In this document: piece after piece, positions 28,753-47,963 of the stretch
Position numbering within the stretch: position 1 is the stretch's first letter
Layout of the letters: each line of letters begins with the position of its first letter
Assembly: GCA_043567175.1 (NCBI GenBank)
Contig: CP121323.1
Location: forward strand, 1,382,813 to 1,446,812
DNA: 64,000 nt
Reading direction: 5' to 3'
Source of the DNA: Erythrobacter sp.
GTDB taxonomy: Bacteria > Pseudomonadota > Alphaproteobacteria > Sphingomonadales > Sphingomonadaceae
Program-made: the position numbers and the translations under genes
The notes under the pieces: model-generated
Databases searched by the model: none
Told to the model about the DNA's origin: nothing
The model's input: only the letters and a program-made list of their open reading frames with translations

Positions 28753-29654
28753 CAGATATAGCCTCCAAGGCCAAGCGCGGATGCCAGCATGCCCAGCACA
28801 TAAAGCAGGACGCCGACCGCATTGTACCAGGGCGCTTTGGCCGCAGGGTCAGACAGCAGGCGCGGCATGGCAGCAAGCTGCGCGACCAGAGATGCGCTTA
28901 CGAGGGCAGCGGATAGGTTCAGCCCCCAAAGAGCCAGCAACACGATCACGACAATCTGCGCCGCGGCCATCGTCACGCAGGCAAGCCGCGCCGCATTCCT
29001 GACGCCAAGCACCACTGGAAGCGAGGTGAGCCCGGTCTGCCGGTCACCCTCCACAGCCTTGAAATCATTGAGGACCATGATCCCGTGCGCGCCGAGTGAA
29101 TAGAGCACCAGCACCAGGATTACCTCGCGCGATGGCATGGCGCCCAGCATCACCGTTGCTCCGGTGAACCAGCTCAATCCCTCATAGGTCAGCCCGCAAA
29201 CAAGCGGGCCCAGCCAGCCATTGCTCTTGAACCGCAAAGGCGGGGCGGAATAGGCCCAGGCGAAAGCGAGGCCGACGAGCGCGGCAATAAAGACGAGCGG
29301 GCCAAGCGCCCAGCCCACCGCCGCCGAGACGAGGCTGGCGATAAGGGCAATATAGAGTCCCCAGCGCCCGGCAATGCGTCCTGACGGAATGGGACGATCC
29401 GGCTCGTTGATGGCATCGACATGGCGATCGAACCAGTCATTGACCGCCTGACTGGTCCCGCACACGAGCGGCCCGGCCAGCAAGACGCCGCCCGCGACAA
29501 ACCACAAACGCCCATCAAGGCCGGCACCGGAAGAAACCGCGCCGCACATGAAGGCCCACATCGGGGGGAACCAGGTGATCGGTTTGAGCAATTGCACGAC
29601 ATCACGGAGCGCCGGAGGAGGTGCAGAGCGAGTCGAGACCGCAGAGCGTTGCAT
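28752..29654 (-). CDS. bchG: Bacteriochlorophyll synthase
   Basis: LLKPITWFPPMWA, NDWFDRHVDAINEP and NDFKAVEGD. Confidence 0.97.
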   Translation of the reverse strand: MQRSAVSTRSAPPPALRDVVQLLKPITWFPPMWAFMCGAVSSGAGLDGRLWFVAGGVLLAGPLVCGTSQAVNDWFDRHVDAINEPDRPIPSGRIAGRWGLYIALIASLVSAAVGWALGPLVFIAALVGLAFAWAYSAPPLRFKSNGWLGPLVCGLTYEGLSWFTGATVMLGAMPSREVILVLVLYSLGAHGIMVLNDFKAVEGDRQTGLTSLPVVLGVRNAARLACVTMAAAQIVVIVLLALWGLNLSAALVSASLVAQLAAMPRLLSDPAAKAPWYNAVGVLLYVLGMLASALGLGGYI

Positions 29655-29683
29655 GAGCAGAAACTATGCCTGACAACCCAATG

Positions 29684-29701
29684 CGTCAAATTATTTTGAC
29701 A
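29684..29701. promoter_or_regulatory. PpsR operator upstream of bchG
   Basis: CGTCAAATTATTTTGACA is one mismatch from consensus and overlaps a minus-strand TTGACG -35-like element. Confidence 0.75.
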
Positions 29702-29964
29702 CATTGGATTGTACATACCCCGAAATAGGGCAAAAATCATAAGCAGGAGCGGACTTCGAGTGTCAAACACCCTCGCCTCAGTCAGTGTAAACCGGAGTTG
29801 AAAGCGCCGCTGAGGGTATCGCAAGTTCGCATCGGGCGGATGAAACCACCAAAGCCGGCAAGCCTCGCGCGCCGCTAACTTTCACGGGGGCGCGCACGGC
29901 CCATCGCGCATAAGACCTATGCGACCAGAATGCCTCGCTTTTCAAAAAAATTCGGCTTGGCGGA

Positions 29965-31389
29965 TCAGTCCGGATCCGCCGGCAGATTGCCCAGCCCATA
30001 GCGGTGCAGCTTGGAATACAGGCTCTGGCGCGAGAGGCCCAGAATTTCAGCTGCCGAAGCGCGATTGTCCGAAGTGTAGGACAAGGCGGCCTCGATACAC
30101 AGCCGCTCGATAAGGTCCGTGCTTTCGCGCACGATGTCCTTGAGCGACATGCGGCCGACAAGGTCTGTCAATTGCTCGACCGAGCGCGGCAGGTCCTCAG
30201 CGCCGGGCGGCAAATCGCGCAGTCGGCGGCCGATCGGTCGGATCACGAAGGCAAAGAGCGGCTCGTCGCTTGTACTGCGCACTGCAGACAATTCGACCGG
30301 CTCGCCCTCGATATCGGTCGCTGTGCGCAACACTGTGCTCACATTGCGGGCCGCACCGTGCTGAGCGATCTGCCCCTCTATCAGGTCGAGATCGATGCCC
30401 GGCCGTCCGATCCAGTCTGAAAGCGAACGCCCACGCAGTTGATCGACACTCGCCGCCTGAACCATTTCGACGAAGGCGTGGTTCGCGCTGACCAGTTCCA
30501 TCTGCGCGTTTGCGACGACGAATGCATCGGGCATGTCCTCGATCAGATCGATGACCGGCGATGGCAATTCATTCGACTCGCCCTCGCCGCTCGGCAGCAG
30601 GCGCACGAGCAGGAATTGACCCCGGTCCTGCGTGAAGCCGGCGATCGAAGCGCTCACCTCGCGCGCGGGCTTGAGCAACTTGATCTTGATCGGTGAGGCG
30701 CTGTCCGAACTGAGAGCTGCGCCCACGATCGTCTGCATCGGGTCACGCGAATCCTTGTCAAGCAAGCCCAGCAGCTTCTTGCCCTGCAATGTGCCCAGCC
30801 TCGCACCGAGCAAACCATGGGCAGCCGAATTGGCTTCGCGAATGCGCAAGGTCTGCGCCTCGGCAATCAGAACGGGTTCGGCGGAAAGCTCGAACAGCAT
30901 GCGATAGCGCGCCTCCAGCTGGCGCATGCGCATATAGTCGCGCTCGAGCGATTGCTGCACCTGCAGAAGCCTTGCCTGCAGCTTGCCCGCTTCGCGCAGG
31001 TCGCGCCCGAAGGCGATGCGATGCTCGCCGCCATTGACGCTGAGGACCGCGTAGCGAATTGGCACGTCGCCCTCGCGCGAGGGGTGGTTGACCTGCCGCC
31101 AGTGCTGCACCTCGCCCCGGCGAGCAGCTGCCAGCATCTCCATGATCTTGGGGCGGCTTTCTTCGGTGACGGTCTCGATCCAGTTGGTGCCCACCCAGTT
31201 TTCAAAGCTGGGGAACTCCTTGGGATCATAGGCCGCATCGAGAATGGTGCCGGTGTCGTCGAGCACAAGAGTGACGTCGCCCGCGACCATTGCGACCTTC
31301 ATGGCCGCGTCGGAGTCGAGCGAGTCGAACAGTTCCGCGGCGTTGCGGAACGGGTTCTTTCCTTCGATGCTGTGCTTGCGTGTGAGCAT
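29965..31389 (-). CDS. ppsR: Photosynthesis repressor PpsR/CrtJ
   Basis: Three PAS regions, Q-linker QQSLERDY, and C-terminal HTH ERLCIEAAL...SRQSLYSKL. Confidence 0.96.
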   Translation of the reverse strand: MLTRKHSIEGKNPFRNAAELFDSLDSDAAMKVAMVAGDVTLVLDDTGTILDAAYDPKEFPSFENWVGTNWIETVTEESRPKIMEMLAAARRGEVQHWRQVNHPSREGDVPIRYAVLSVNGGEHRIAFGRDLREAGKLQARLLQVQQSLERDYMRMRQLEARYRMLFELSAEPVLIAEAQTLRIREANSAAHGLLGARLGTLQGKKLLGLLDKDSRDPMQTIVGAALSSDSASPIKIKLLKPAREVSASIAGFTQDRGQFLLVRLLPSGEGESNELPSPVIDLIEDMPDAFVVANAQMELVSANHAFVEMVQAASVDQLRGRSLSDWIGRPGIDLDLIEGQIAQHGAARNVSTVLRTATDIEGEPVELSAVRSTSDEPLFAFVIRPIGRRLRDLPPGAEDLPRSVEQLTDLVGRMSLKDIVRESTDLIERLCIEAALSYTSDNRASAAEILGLSRQSLYSKLHRYGLGNLPADPD

Positions 31390-31404
31390 GGATTGCTGTG
31401 GGCC

Positions 31405-32334
31405 TTACATCATTTCGCGCGCGCGTGGCGGCGCGGAAGGAACCAGGCGCTCGGCGATATCGAGCGCCGCTCTTGCATCCGCGCCTGTGCCATCGGCACC
31501 GACTTCGGTCACAACAGAGGGATCTAGGTTGACCATCGGGCCACCAACGAGGACGGAAAGGTTCGGATTCTGCGCGACACTGCGGATAGCCTTGACGAGG
31601 CCTGCGAGCCCCGAAGTCGGGCAGTTGCTTGCGATGGACAGGCCGATGAGGTCAACAGGGTTTTTGGCGACGTAATCAAGAAGTTCGCGGCGCTGGGGTT
31701 TTAGCAGCACTTCACTGTGCCAACCGGCCCGTGCGAAGACTTCCTCGGCCATCTGCGCGCCAAAACTGTGGACATCTCCCGGCACCGGACAGAACAGGGC
31801 GTAGCGCGAAGGGCCATGACGGGCGCCTCCGGGCGGTGCACGCAGCGAAATGTCGCGCATGACCTCCTGCAAACGCCACAAACCCATCGTCACATCGACA
31901 AAATCGCATTCGTCCCTGTCCCACAACTCGCCCAGGTGGCGTGCTGCAGGTGCGAGCAGGTCGAGATATACGTCTTCGACGCTAAGGCCCTGCCCGAGAA
32001 AACGATCGACCTCGCTAAGCAGATCCGGCGCTTCCAGCGTCAACGGCAGTGCAGCGAAGGTCTGTGTATCTTGCGCGTTTATCTTGCTGCGCTCCTCTTT
32101 GGTGGCGAACGAACCGTCGACAACATGCGCCATCAGGAGGCGCGGGATGATATCGCCCTCAAGGACCGCGCTGACCGGATCCTGCGAGGCACATCTATTA
32201 AAGACCATGCTCGGCTTGGTTTCCGGGGGCTTGCGCCATGTGAGCGGTGTAGCAAGGATTCGGCGCAGCGCAGCGCTGCTGAACCGCAGCCCTGAAGCTC
32301 GCCCGAGTGTGCGTCCGTCGCTTGGAGCGGCCAT
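31405..32334 (-). CDS. ppaA: Cobalamin-binding antirepressor PpaA/AerR
   Basis: ARHLGELWDRDECDFVDVT and the B12-binding DxHxxG motif (GDVHSFG). Directly upstream of ppsR. Confidence 0.93.
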   Translation of the reverse strand: MAAPSDGRTLGRASGLRFSSAALRRILATPLTWRKPPETKPSMVFNRCASQDPVSAVLEGDIIPRLLMAHVVDGSFATKEERSKINAQDTQTFAALPLTLEAPDLLSEVDRFLGQGLSVEDVYLDLLAPAARHLGELWDRDECDFVDVTMGLWRLQEVMRDISLRAPPGGARHGPSRYALFCPVPGDVHSFGAQMAEEVFARAGWHSEVLLKPQRRELLDYVAKNPVDLIGLSIASNCPTSGLAGLVKAIRSVAQNPNLSVLVGGPMVNLDPSVVTEVGADGTGADARAALDIAERLVPSAPPRAREMM

Positions 32335-32495
32335 GCCGTATTCTCCCCAACATCGTTCAATCGACCCATGGATGCGAGGAGCGCACCTGAGCTGAGTGGC
32401 GGTAGCCGAGGCTTAATCCCTCTCAACTTCGGCGACTCGTTCATACGCTTATTTCAGCTCAAGCGCAAACCTGTGCAGGTCGACGGACTCTCTGG

Positions 32496-32529
32496 TGTCA
32501 ATTTTTATGTACGTCAATTAATATTGACA
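32496..32529. promoter_or_regulatory. Two adjoining PpsR-like operators between ppaA and bchF
   Basis: TGTCAATTTTTATGTACG (32496-32513) and CGTCAATTAATATTGACA (32512-32529), each one mismatch from consensus. Confidence 0.75.
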
Positions 32530-32584
32530 CTAATCCCGTGAAGGGCGTAACAATTGAATCCGAAAGAGAGGGCAAAGCTCGAAC

Positions 32585-40779
<8,195 letters not shown>

Positions 40780-40783
<4 letters not shown>

Positions 40784-42231
40784 GTTCGCAGCCCATCCCT
40801 CCCCAGGGCCCTGAAACGCCCACTTTCGGCCAGGTGCTCGCCAGCTGGCTGCCGTTCGCTGACGCCGCGAGCGCGGACCTGCCGCTGGGCCGCTTGCTGC
40901 GCCTTTCGATGTTCCAGGTGAGCGTGGGCATGGCGATGGTGCTGCTGAACGGAACGCTCAACCGCGTGATGATCGTTGAACTGGGCGTGCCGACCTTTCT
41001 CGTTGCGCTGCTGATCGCGATTCCGCTGGTCGCCGCGCCATTCCGCGCGCTCATCGGGCACAAGTCCGATACGCACCGCTCGGTGCTGGGCTGGCGGCGC
41101 GTGCCTTATATCTGGTTCGGCACGCTCATGCAGTTTGCTGGGCTTGCGATCATGCCCTTTGCGCTGATCCTGTTCGAAAGCGAGGCGACGTTCACGCTTG
41201 CGACTGTTGCGGCCGCCTGCACGTTTCTGCTGACAGGCATCGGTATTCACGTAACGCAAACCGCCGGGCTTGCGCTGGCGACCGATCTGGCGCCCGAAGA
41301 CAAGCGCCCGCGCGCGGTCGCGCTGCTTTACGTGATGCTGCTGGTGGGCATGATGTTTGCCGCCTTCGTGATGGGCGGACTGCTGATCGATTTCTCCAAC
41401 ACACGGCTGATCCAGGTCATCCAGGGCGCCGCCTGCATCACGATGGCGCTCAACCTGATAGCGCTGTGGAAACAGGAAGCGCGCGACAAGGCGCTGACCA
41501 AGCAAGACCCGGATTCCCCGACCTTCAGCGAGCTGTGGAACGCCTTCGTCTCTGATGGCTACAATGCGCGCCTTCTCACCGGCATCGGCATCGGCGCGGC
41601 CGCATTTGCCATGCAGGATGCGCTGCTTGAGCCTTATGGCGGCGAAGTTCTGGGGCTGAGCGTGGGCGCAACCACCGGCCTCACCGGCGCCTGGGCGCTT
41701 GGTGCGCTTGGTGGCTTCATGCTTTCGGGCCGCTCGCTTGGCAGGGGCAACGATCCGCTTCGCATTGCTGGCGCTGGCCTTGTGACCGGTCTGACCGCCT
41801 TTCTTCTGGTAATTTTTGCCGCGCCCTTCGGCTCGCCGCTGATGCTTTTCCTGGGCTCGCTGGCGATCGGTCTCGGGCTTGGCCTGTTCTCGGTCGGCAC
41901 GCTGATAGAGGCGATGAACCTTGCGAAGAACTCGACCGCCGGGCTTGCCCTGGGCGCGTGGGGTGCGGTTCAGGCGACATGCGCCGGAGCCGGTATCGCC
42001 CTTGGCGGTGCCATACGTGACGGTGCAGCGGCGATTGCGATGAGCGGTGATCCCACTGCTGCGATCGCCACGCGCGCCACCGGCTACACCACCGTTTATA
42101 TCCTGGAAATCCTGCTGCTTCTTGCAGGTCTCGCCGCGATCGGACCGCTTGTCGGCCGCCATCGCAGATCCACCACCGCTTCGACGGAAGGCGCAGATCA
42201 ATCGTTCGGTCTGCGTGAGTTCCCGACATGA
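40780..42231 (+). CDS. lhaA: LH1 assembly protein LhaA (PucC family)
   Basis: LPFADAAS..LPLGRLLRLSMFQ, QDALLEPYGG and LGAWGAVQA. Confidence 0.93.
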
Positions 42232-42298
42232 CCGCGACCGCCCCACGCCATGGGATAAGCCGAAGGACAGCCGCACAGATCCACCGGAGGACCTTGAA

Positions 42299-43129
42299 AT
42301 GACACTCTCTGATACGTTCGGCATTCTGGGGATGAATGCCACATACATAGTCGGCACGTTCGACGTTGCCGAATTGGCATTCTTCCTATTCTTCTTCTTC
42401 TTCATCGGCCTTGTGTTCTATCTGAACCGCGAGAGCCGGCGCGAAGGCTATCCGCTCGAGGACGAATTCACCGGCCGGCTTGACAGCATGCCGCTCACCC
42501 AGGGCGAAAAGAAGGTCTTCCAGCTGCCGCACGGCCGTGGAACCTATGTTCCCGAAGACATGCCGCGCGAGCCGGTTGAACTGCCTGCCCAGCGCATGTT
42601 CCATGCTGGCGGCGCTGCCTATGTGCCCACCGGCAATCCGATGAAGGATGGCCTCGGCCCGGCTGCCTGGGCGAATCGCCAGGACTATCCCGACCTCACT
42701 TTCGACGGACGCCTGCGGATTGTCCCGCTCGGCGATGCGCACGAAATCGAGATCGCTCCAAACGATCCCAACATCATCGGCTGGCCGGTCTATGACTGCA
42801 ATGTCGAGCTGGCGGGCAAGGTGAGCGATATCTGGGTCGACCAGTCAGAGCACATCATCCGCTATCTCGAGATCGAGACCAATGCGGGCGACAAGGTGCT
42901 CGCTCCGATGTTTGTGGCCGTGGTCCAGACCAAGGGTATTCTGGCAGGCCTGTGGCCGGCCAATCCCGAGCTGGTGCAGATCGATGCGATCACCAAGGAC
43001 CAGTATGCCGACGTGCCGCGCCTTGCCAAGGCCGGACAGATCACGCGCCTCGAGGAGGACAAGATCATGGCCTATTACGGTGGCGGCTACATGTACGCGA
43101 CACCGGAGCGTTCGGAGCCGGTGCTATGA
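42299..43129 (+). CDS. puhA: Reaction centre H subunit
   Basis: FDVAEL..FFFFFIGLVFYL.RE.RREGYPLE, GNPMKDGLGPA and ITRLEEDKI. GGAGG precedes ATG 42299; alternative start 42332. Confidence 0.96.
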   Translation: MTLSDTFGILGMNATYIVGTFDVAELAFFLFFFFFIGLVFYLNRESRREGYPLEDEFTGRLDSMPLTQGEKKVFQLPHGRGTYVPEDMPREPVELPAQRMFHAGGAAYVPTGNPMKDGLGPAAWANRQDYPDLTFDGRLRIVPLGDAHEIEIAPNDPNIIGWPVYDCNVELAGKVSDIWVDQSEHIIRYLEIETNAGDKVLAPMFVAVVQTKGILAGLWPANPELVQIDAITKDQYADVPRLAKAGQITRLEEDKIMAYYGGGYMYATPERSEPVL

Positions 43130-43785
43130 TGGACAAGAGGGATCATCCATCAATCACCGAAGCGGACGGGCCCAGCGCCAATGGCGATCCAATGGGCACG
43201 CCCGCCCTCGATGAAAAAGTTCTGTGGAAGGGCCGACCCAACCTGTCGGTCCTGACACGGACCGCGTTCCACCTTGGTGGCTATGCCGTATACATGACGG
43301 TGATGGTGCTCCTGGCCTGGGCCTGGGGTAATACCGACAGCGCGATCTTCCTGGCCATTGCCGGCCTGTTTGGTGCGGTGGTGATCCAGTTGATTGCCTG
43401 GCGCTGCGCTAACAGCACGCTCTACATCCTCACCGATGTCCGGCTCATCATGCGCATCGGAATGTCGGTGGAAGCGCGTATCAACATTCCGCTCAAGCAT
43501 ATCGAGGCGGCGCATCTCCACATGCGCGGCAGCAGGTTTGGCGACGTTGCCCTTGAACTGGGCGGCGAGCGGATGCTGGGCTACTCGCTGCTGTGGCCGC
43601 ATGCGCGCCCGTTCAGGTTTAACCGCCCGCAGCCGATGCTGCGCGCCATTCCCGACGCGCAAGGATTTGCGCAGACGCTCGCCGAGGCTTGCGCGAAATA
43701 CGCGCCGATCGAGAAGAATTTGACCAATGTCAAAGAAGGCGGCGCGGCGACGGCTAAACCCGAACTGGAAGGAGTAACCGCATGA
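43126..43785 (+). CDS. puhB: Photosynthetic complex assembly protein PuhB
   Basis: LWKGRP, YILTDVRLIMRIG and LWPHARP. Confidence 0.92.
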   Translation: MMDKRDHPSITEADGPSANGDPMGTPALDEKVLWKGRPNLSVLTRTAFHLGGYAVYMTVMVLLAWAWGNTDSAIFLAIAGLFGAVVIQLIAWRCANSTLYILTDVRLIMRIGMSVEARINIPLKHIEAAHLHMRGSRFGDVALELGGERMLGYSLLWPHARPFRFNRPQPMLRAIPDAQGFAQTLAEACAKYAPIEKNLTNVKEGGAATAKPELEGVTA

Positions 43786-44264
43786 TTGTTCGCACCTATG
43801 ACGATGAAGACTTCCGGGTCCACACGCTCCCGCTTGTCGCAATGGCCAGTGTGGTGCTGATCACTCTGGCGTTTGTCATCTCGACCAGTGTCGGCATCTT
43901 TGATCGGCAGGGTGTGCCTGACCAGGTCCGGGCAGAACGCGGCGTGGTGACAATCGACACGCGCGCCATCCAGTTCCACGATGATGTGAATGGCGATGTG
44001 TGGGTCTCCGATGCATTGACGGGCGAGGAGATCGGCCGCTATCCGCAAGGCGAAGGCGGCTTCGTGCGCGCTACGGCCCGCGCGATGACATCCAATCGCA
44101 TCCAGCATGGTCTGGGCTCCGAAGTGCCGTTTGAACTGGTCGCCTGGAACAACGGCTCGATGACTCTGCGCGACAGCCAGACGGGCCGCTCTGTCGAGCT
44201 CGCTTCGTTCGGCGGCAAGACGCAGGACATCTACAAGGAAATACTCGTGAAGGGACGGCGCTGA
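43782..44264 (+). CDS. puhC: Photosynthetic complex assembly protein PuhC
   Basis: GEGGFVR, PFELVAWNNG.MTLRD..TG and ELASFG. Confidence 0.9.
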   Translation: MIVRTYDDEDFRVHTLPLVAMASVVLITLAFVISTSVGIFDRQGVPDQVRAERGVVTIDTRAIQFHDDVNGDVWVSDALTGEEIGRYPQGEGGFVRATARAMTSNRIQHGLGSEVPFELVAWNNGSMTLRDSQTGRSVELASFGGKTQDIYKEILVKGRR

Positions 44265-44611
44265 TGGAAACCACAATCGGCAATTTCGGCGAGGCCCGCC
44301 CGGCTTCAGGCGCGAATATCGCGGATGCACCCCGCATATTCGACGTGCCCTGCATGATCACGATCGAGCAGAGCCCCGAGCATTTTCACGCACACCTTGA
44401 TCTGCCAGCGGACGTGGTGATGGAAGCGGGTGACAAGGTTCGGGTTCATGGCGATCCGATCTCCATTCCCTTCGGCAGCCGCGAAGTGTTTGAACGCACC
44501 GCAACCGTTACCCGCGCCGGCCCGCTCAAACGCCTGGCCATCAAGGCCGCAGCCTATTTGGACCTGGCTGAACTCTACGAAGTCAGCTTCAACGCCGGGA
44601 GGATCAAATGA
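44264..44611 (+). CDS. bciE: Probable BciE, the accessory subunit of the alphaproteobacterial O2-dependent cyclase
   Basis: Immediately upstream of acsF. PC.ITIEQ...[23 protein letters not shown] and ELYEVSF resemble BciE as I recall it. Confidence 0.8.
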   Translation: METTIGNFGEARPASGANIADAPRIFDVPCMITIEQSPEHFHAHLDLPADVVMEAGDKVRVHGDPISIPFGSREVFERTATVTRAGPLKRLAIKAAAYLDLAELYEVSFNAGRIK

Positions 44612-45669
44612 ACGCCTACAAGCCGATGACCAGCGAAGAGGCGATGGATCTCGCCACGCAGGAAACCATGCTCACCCCGCGCTTCTACACCACGGATTAC
44701 GACGCCCTCGATGCGATCGACGTCAGCCCGGTGCGCGAGGAGTGGGACGCACTGATCGAGGAAATGATCGGCGATCCCAACAAGAAGCACTTCAAGAAAG
44801 ACGACCGCTTCGACGGCGTGATCGACACGCTCCCTCCTGCGCTGCGCAAGGAATTCACCGATTTCATGGTCAGCTCAATGACCTCGGAGTTTTCCGGCTG
44901 CGTGCTCTATGCCGAGATCGCCAAGCGCACCAAGAACCCGGATGTGAAGCAATTGTTCAAGCTGCTGGCGCGCGATGAGAGCCGGCATGCCGGTTTCATC
45001 AATGAATGCCTCAAGGATGCAGGGATCGGCGTCGACCTCGGCTATCTGACGAAGACCAAGAAATACACGTATTTCCAGCCGAAATTCATCTTCTATGCGG
45101 TCTATTTGTCCGAGAAGATCGGCTATGCGCGCTACATCACGATCTTCCGCCATCTCGCGCGCAACCCGCAGCACAAGTTTCACCCGATCTTCGACTGGTT
45201 CGAGGAATGGTGCAATGACGAGTTTCGCCACGGTGAGGCGTTCGCGATGTTGATGCGGGCGGATCCCAAGCTGCTGAAAGGCCACAACAAGCTTTGGATC
45301 CGGTTCTTCCTGCTATCGGTCTACGCCACCATGTATGTACGTGATCACAACCGTCCCGCCTTTCACGAAGCGCTGGGCGTCGACCCGACCGAATATGATT
45401 ACGAGGTCTTCAGGGTCTGCAACCAGATCGCGCGGCAGGTCTATCCGGTAGAGCTCGACATCGATGACCCGGCTTTCCGGCGCCAGATGGAAGTTCTGCG
45501 CCTTGCGGCTGATCGGATCGAAGAAGGCAAGACAAAGGGCGGAATTGGCGGCCTCGCCAAGCGGGTCAGCGGTATGGTCGGTGCGGGCCTCGCCTTTGCG
45601 CGGATGTATTTCCACCGCACCAAGCCCAACGCCCTGCCTGCAACGATCCGCCTGCAACCCACATGGTAA
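44608..45669 (+). CDS. acsF: O2-dependent Mg-protoporphyrin monomethyl ester cyclase
   Basis: LTPRFYTTD and diiron motifs [20 protein letters not shown] and DEFRHGE. Confidence 0.97.
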   Translation: MNAYKPMTSEEAMDLATQETMLTPRFYTTDYDALDAIDVSPVREEWDALIEEMIGDPNKKHFKKDDRFDGVIDTLPPALRKEFTDFMVSSMTSEFSGCVLYAEIAKRTKNPDVKQLFKLLARDESRHAGFINECLKDAGIGVDLGYLTKTKKYTYFQPKFIFYAVYLSEKIGYARYITIFRHLARNPQHKFHPIFDWFEEWCNDEFRHGEAFAMLMRADPKLLKGHNKLWIRFFLLSVYATMYVRDHNRPAFHEALGVDPTEYDYEVFRVCNQIARQVYPVELDIDDPAFRRQMEVLRLAADRIEEGKTKGGIGGLAKRVSGMVGAGLAFARMYFHRTKPNALPATIRLQPTW

Positions 45670-46496
45670 GCTGGGACGGCCATATTGTCCCGTTTATCGT
45701 GACGATCATGATCTGGTTCATTGCAACCGGGCTGGTCGCATGGGCGGACAACCGCGATGCCAGGACCTTTCCCAAGAGCCTGATGATCGGCGGGATTGGT
45801 GGAATCGCCGGCCTTCTGATCATTCTGGTCGTCTCACAAAGCGTATCGGTGCTTGGCGTTTATGCAGCCTTTGTCGGCGCACTGATGGTTTGGGGCTGGC
45901 ACGAGATTGGCTTTCTCACCGGTGCCGCCGCCGGACCGCGCCGCGAACCCGCCTCACCCGGCATCACTGGCGCAAAGCGCTTCGCCGAGGCGAGCGCGAC
46001 AGTGATCCATCACGAAGTGGTACTCGCCATCACGGCGCTGGTGTTGATCTCGCTCTCCTGGAGCATGCCCAACCAGATCGGCGCGACGGTGTTCGTGCTG
46101 CTGTTTGGCATGCGGCTTTCGTCCAAGATCAACATCTTTGTCGGCGTACCCAATTCGAGTGTCGAAATGCTGCCGCCGCATCTTGAATACCTCAAGACCT
46201 ATTTCGGTCGCAATCGGATGACCTGGTTGCTTGGCGGGTCGATCATCGCGATCACTGGCGTGGCGCTCTGGTTCGGTTCGCTCGCCCTCCAGGCACCGGT
46301 TGGAAGTCCTGAAATGGTTGGCGCAAGCCTCTTGACCACACTGTGCCTTCTGGGCGCACTTGAACACGTATTTCTCGCGCTGCCGTTTCGCGATGGCATG
46401 CTGTGGGGATGGGCCTTTCGCGGGCGCGCGGTAGCGGGATCGCCAGCGCCCAGTGTATCCGCAATCAGAACGAATGTGATTGACTCCGATGACTGA
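45663..46496 (+). CDS. puhE: PuhE membrane protein (DUF3623-like)
   Basis: [33 protein letters not shown] and EHVFLALP. Confidence 0.9.
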   Translation: MVSWDGHIVPFIVTIMIWFIATGLVAWADNRDARTFPKSLMIGGIGGIAGLLIILVVSQSVSVLGVYAAFVGALMVWGWHEIGFLTGAAAGPRREPASPGITGAKRFAEASATVIHHEVVLAITALVLISLSWSMPNQIGATVFVLLFGMRLSSKINIFVGVPNSSVEMLPPHLEYLKTYFGRNRMTWLLGGSIIAITGVALWFGSLALQAPVGSPEMVGASLLTTLCLLGALEHVFLALPFRDGMLWGWAFRGRAVAGSPAPSVSAIRTNVIDSDD

Positions 46497-46530
46497 AATG
46501 AAGAGCAAGGGCCCTAAGGGGGGAATGACG

Positions 46531-47754
46531 ATGGATTACGAGGGTTTTTTCGCGAGCGAGCTTGATAATGTTCGCGAAGAAGGGCGCTACCGCGTCTTCA
46601 CCGACATCAAGCGCCATCGCGGCAAGTTTCCCCACGCCACCCGTTTCCTCGACGATGAGGAAACGCAGGCCGTCACCGTCTGGTGTTCGAATGATTATCT
46701 CGGCATGGGCCAGCACCAGGTTGTGCTCGACGCCATGCACGAAGCGCTTGACGAATGCGGCGCAGGCGCAGGCGGCACGCGCAATATTTCGGGCACCAAC
46801 CACTATCACGTGGAGCTCGAATCCGAACTGGCCGACCTGCACGGCAAGGAGAGCGCCCTGCTGTTTACATCGGGATATGTCTCGAACTGGGCAGGCATCG
46901 GCACGCTGGCGGCGCGCATTCCGAACTGCGCGGTGTTTTCTGACGAATTGAACCACGCATCGATGATCGAAGGCATTCGCTATTCAAAGGCCGAACGCCG
47001 GATCTGGAACCACAACGATCCCGAGGACCTCGACCGGCATCTGAGCCAATTCGATCCCGACCGCCCCAAGCTGGTCGCGTTTGAAAGCGTCTATTCTATG
47101 GACGGCGATATCGCGCCAATCGCTGAAATTCTCGATGTATGTGAGAAGCATGGCGCTCTCAGCTATATCGACGAAGTGCACGCGGTCGGCCTGTACGGCC
47201 CGCGCGGCGGCGGCATTGCCGAGCGTGAAGGCCTGATGGACCGGATCGACGTGATCGAAGGCACGCTGGGCAAGGCCTATGGCGTGATGGGCGGCTATAT
47301 CGCGGCCTCGCGCAACCTGGTTGATTACGTCCGCAGCTTTGCGAGCGGTTTCATCTTTTCCACGGCCCTTCCCCCCGCTGTCGCGGCGGGCGCGGCAGCG
47401 AGCATCCGTCACCTCAAGGCATCGAGCGAGGAACGCGACAAACAGAAAGAGCGCGTCGCGCAAGTACGCCGCAAGCTTGACATGATGGGCATCCCGCACC
47501 TTGCCAATCCCAGCCACATCATCCCGGTGATGGTTGGCGATGCCAAGAAGTGCAAGATGATCAGCGACTGGCTGATGGACAATCACGGCATCTATGTGCA
47601 GCCGATCAACTATCCGACCGTTCCGGTGGGAACCGAGCGTCTGCGCATCACGCCCTCGCCGGTCCACAGCGACGGGGACATCGATCGCCTGATTAACGCG
47701 CTGAGTGAAATCTGGTCGCAATGCGAGCTCGCGCGGATGGCAACGGCTGCGTAA
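46531..47754 (+). CDS. hemA: 5-aminolevulinate synthase
   Basis: [27 protein letters not shown] and GTLGKAYG (PLP lysine). Start is 46525 or 46531. Confidence 0.97.
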   Translation: MDYEGFFASELDNVREEGRYRVFTDIKRHRGKFPHATRFLDDEETQAVTVWCSNDYLGMGQHQVVLDAMHEALDECGAGAGGTRNISGTNHYHVELESELADLHGKESALLFTSGYVSNWAGIGTLAARIPNCAVFSDELNHASMIEGIRYSKAERRIWNHNDPEDLDRHLSQFDPDRPKLVAFESVYSMDGDIAPIAEILDVCEKHGALSYIDEVHAVGLYGPRGGGIAEREGLMDRIDVIEGTLGKAYGVMGGYIAASRNLVDYVRSFASGFIFSTALPPAVAAGAAASIRHLKASSEERDKQKERVAQVRRKLDMMGIPHLANPSHIIPVMVGDAKKCKMISDWLMDNHGIYVQPINYPTVPVGTERLRITPSPVHSDGDIDRLINALSEIWSQCELARMATAA

Positions 47755-47867
47755 TCCCCAAGATACGATGAGCGGGGGGCCTTTTTGCCCAAGGCAATCG
47801 GACCCCGCCGCTTTTCGGGTGGGGCCTTGTCAGGGCGTCAGGGCTGGTTGAATTGATTTGAAAAGGA

Positions 47868-47903
47868 GGCCCGCCCCCCCTGCTGCGGGCCAGCTCTTTT
47901 TTT
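47868..47903 (+). terminator. Possible terminator after hemA
   Basis: GGCCCGC...GCGGGCC stem followed by a T7 run. Confidence 0.5.
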
Positions 47904-47963
47904 CGGCTTTGGCCGCATGGTTTTATCGATTTAGTACCCAGAGTATGAGGAGGATAGAACGGT

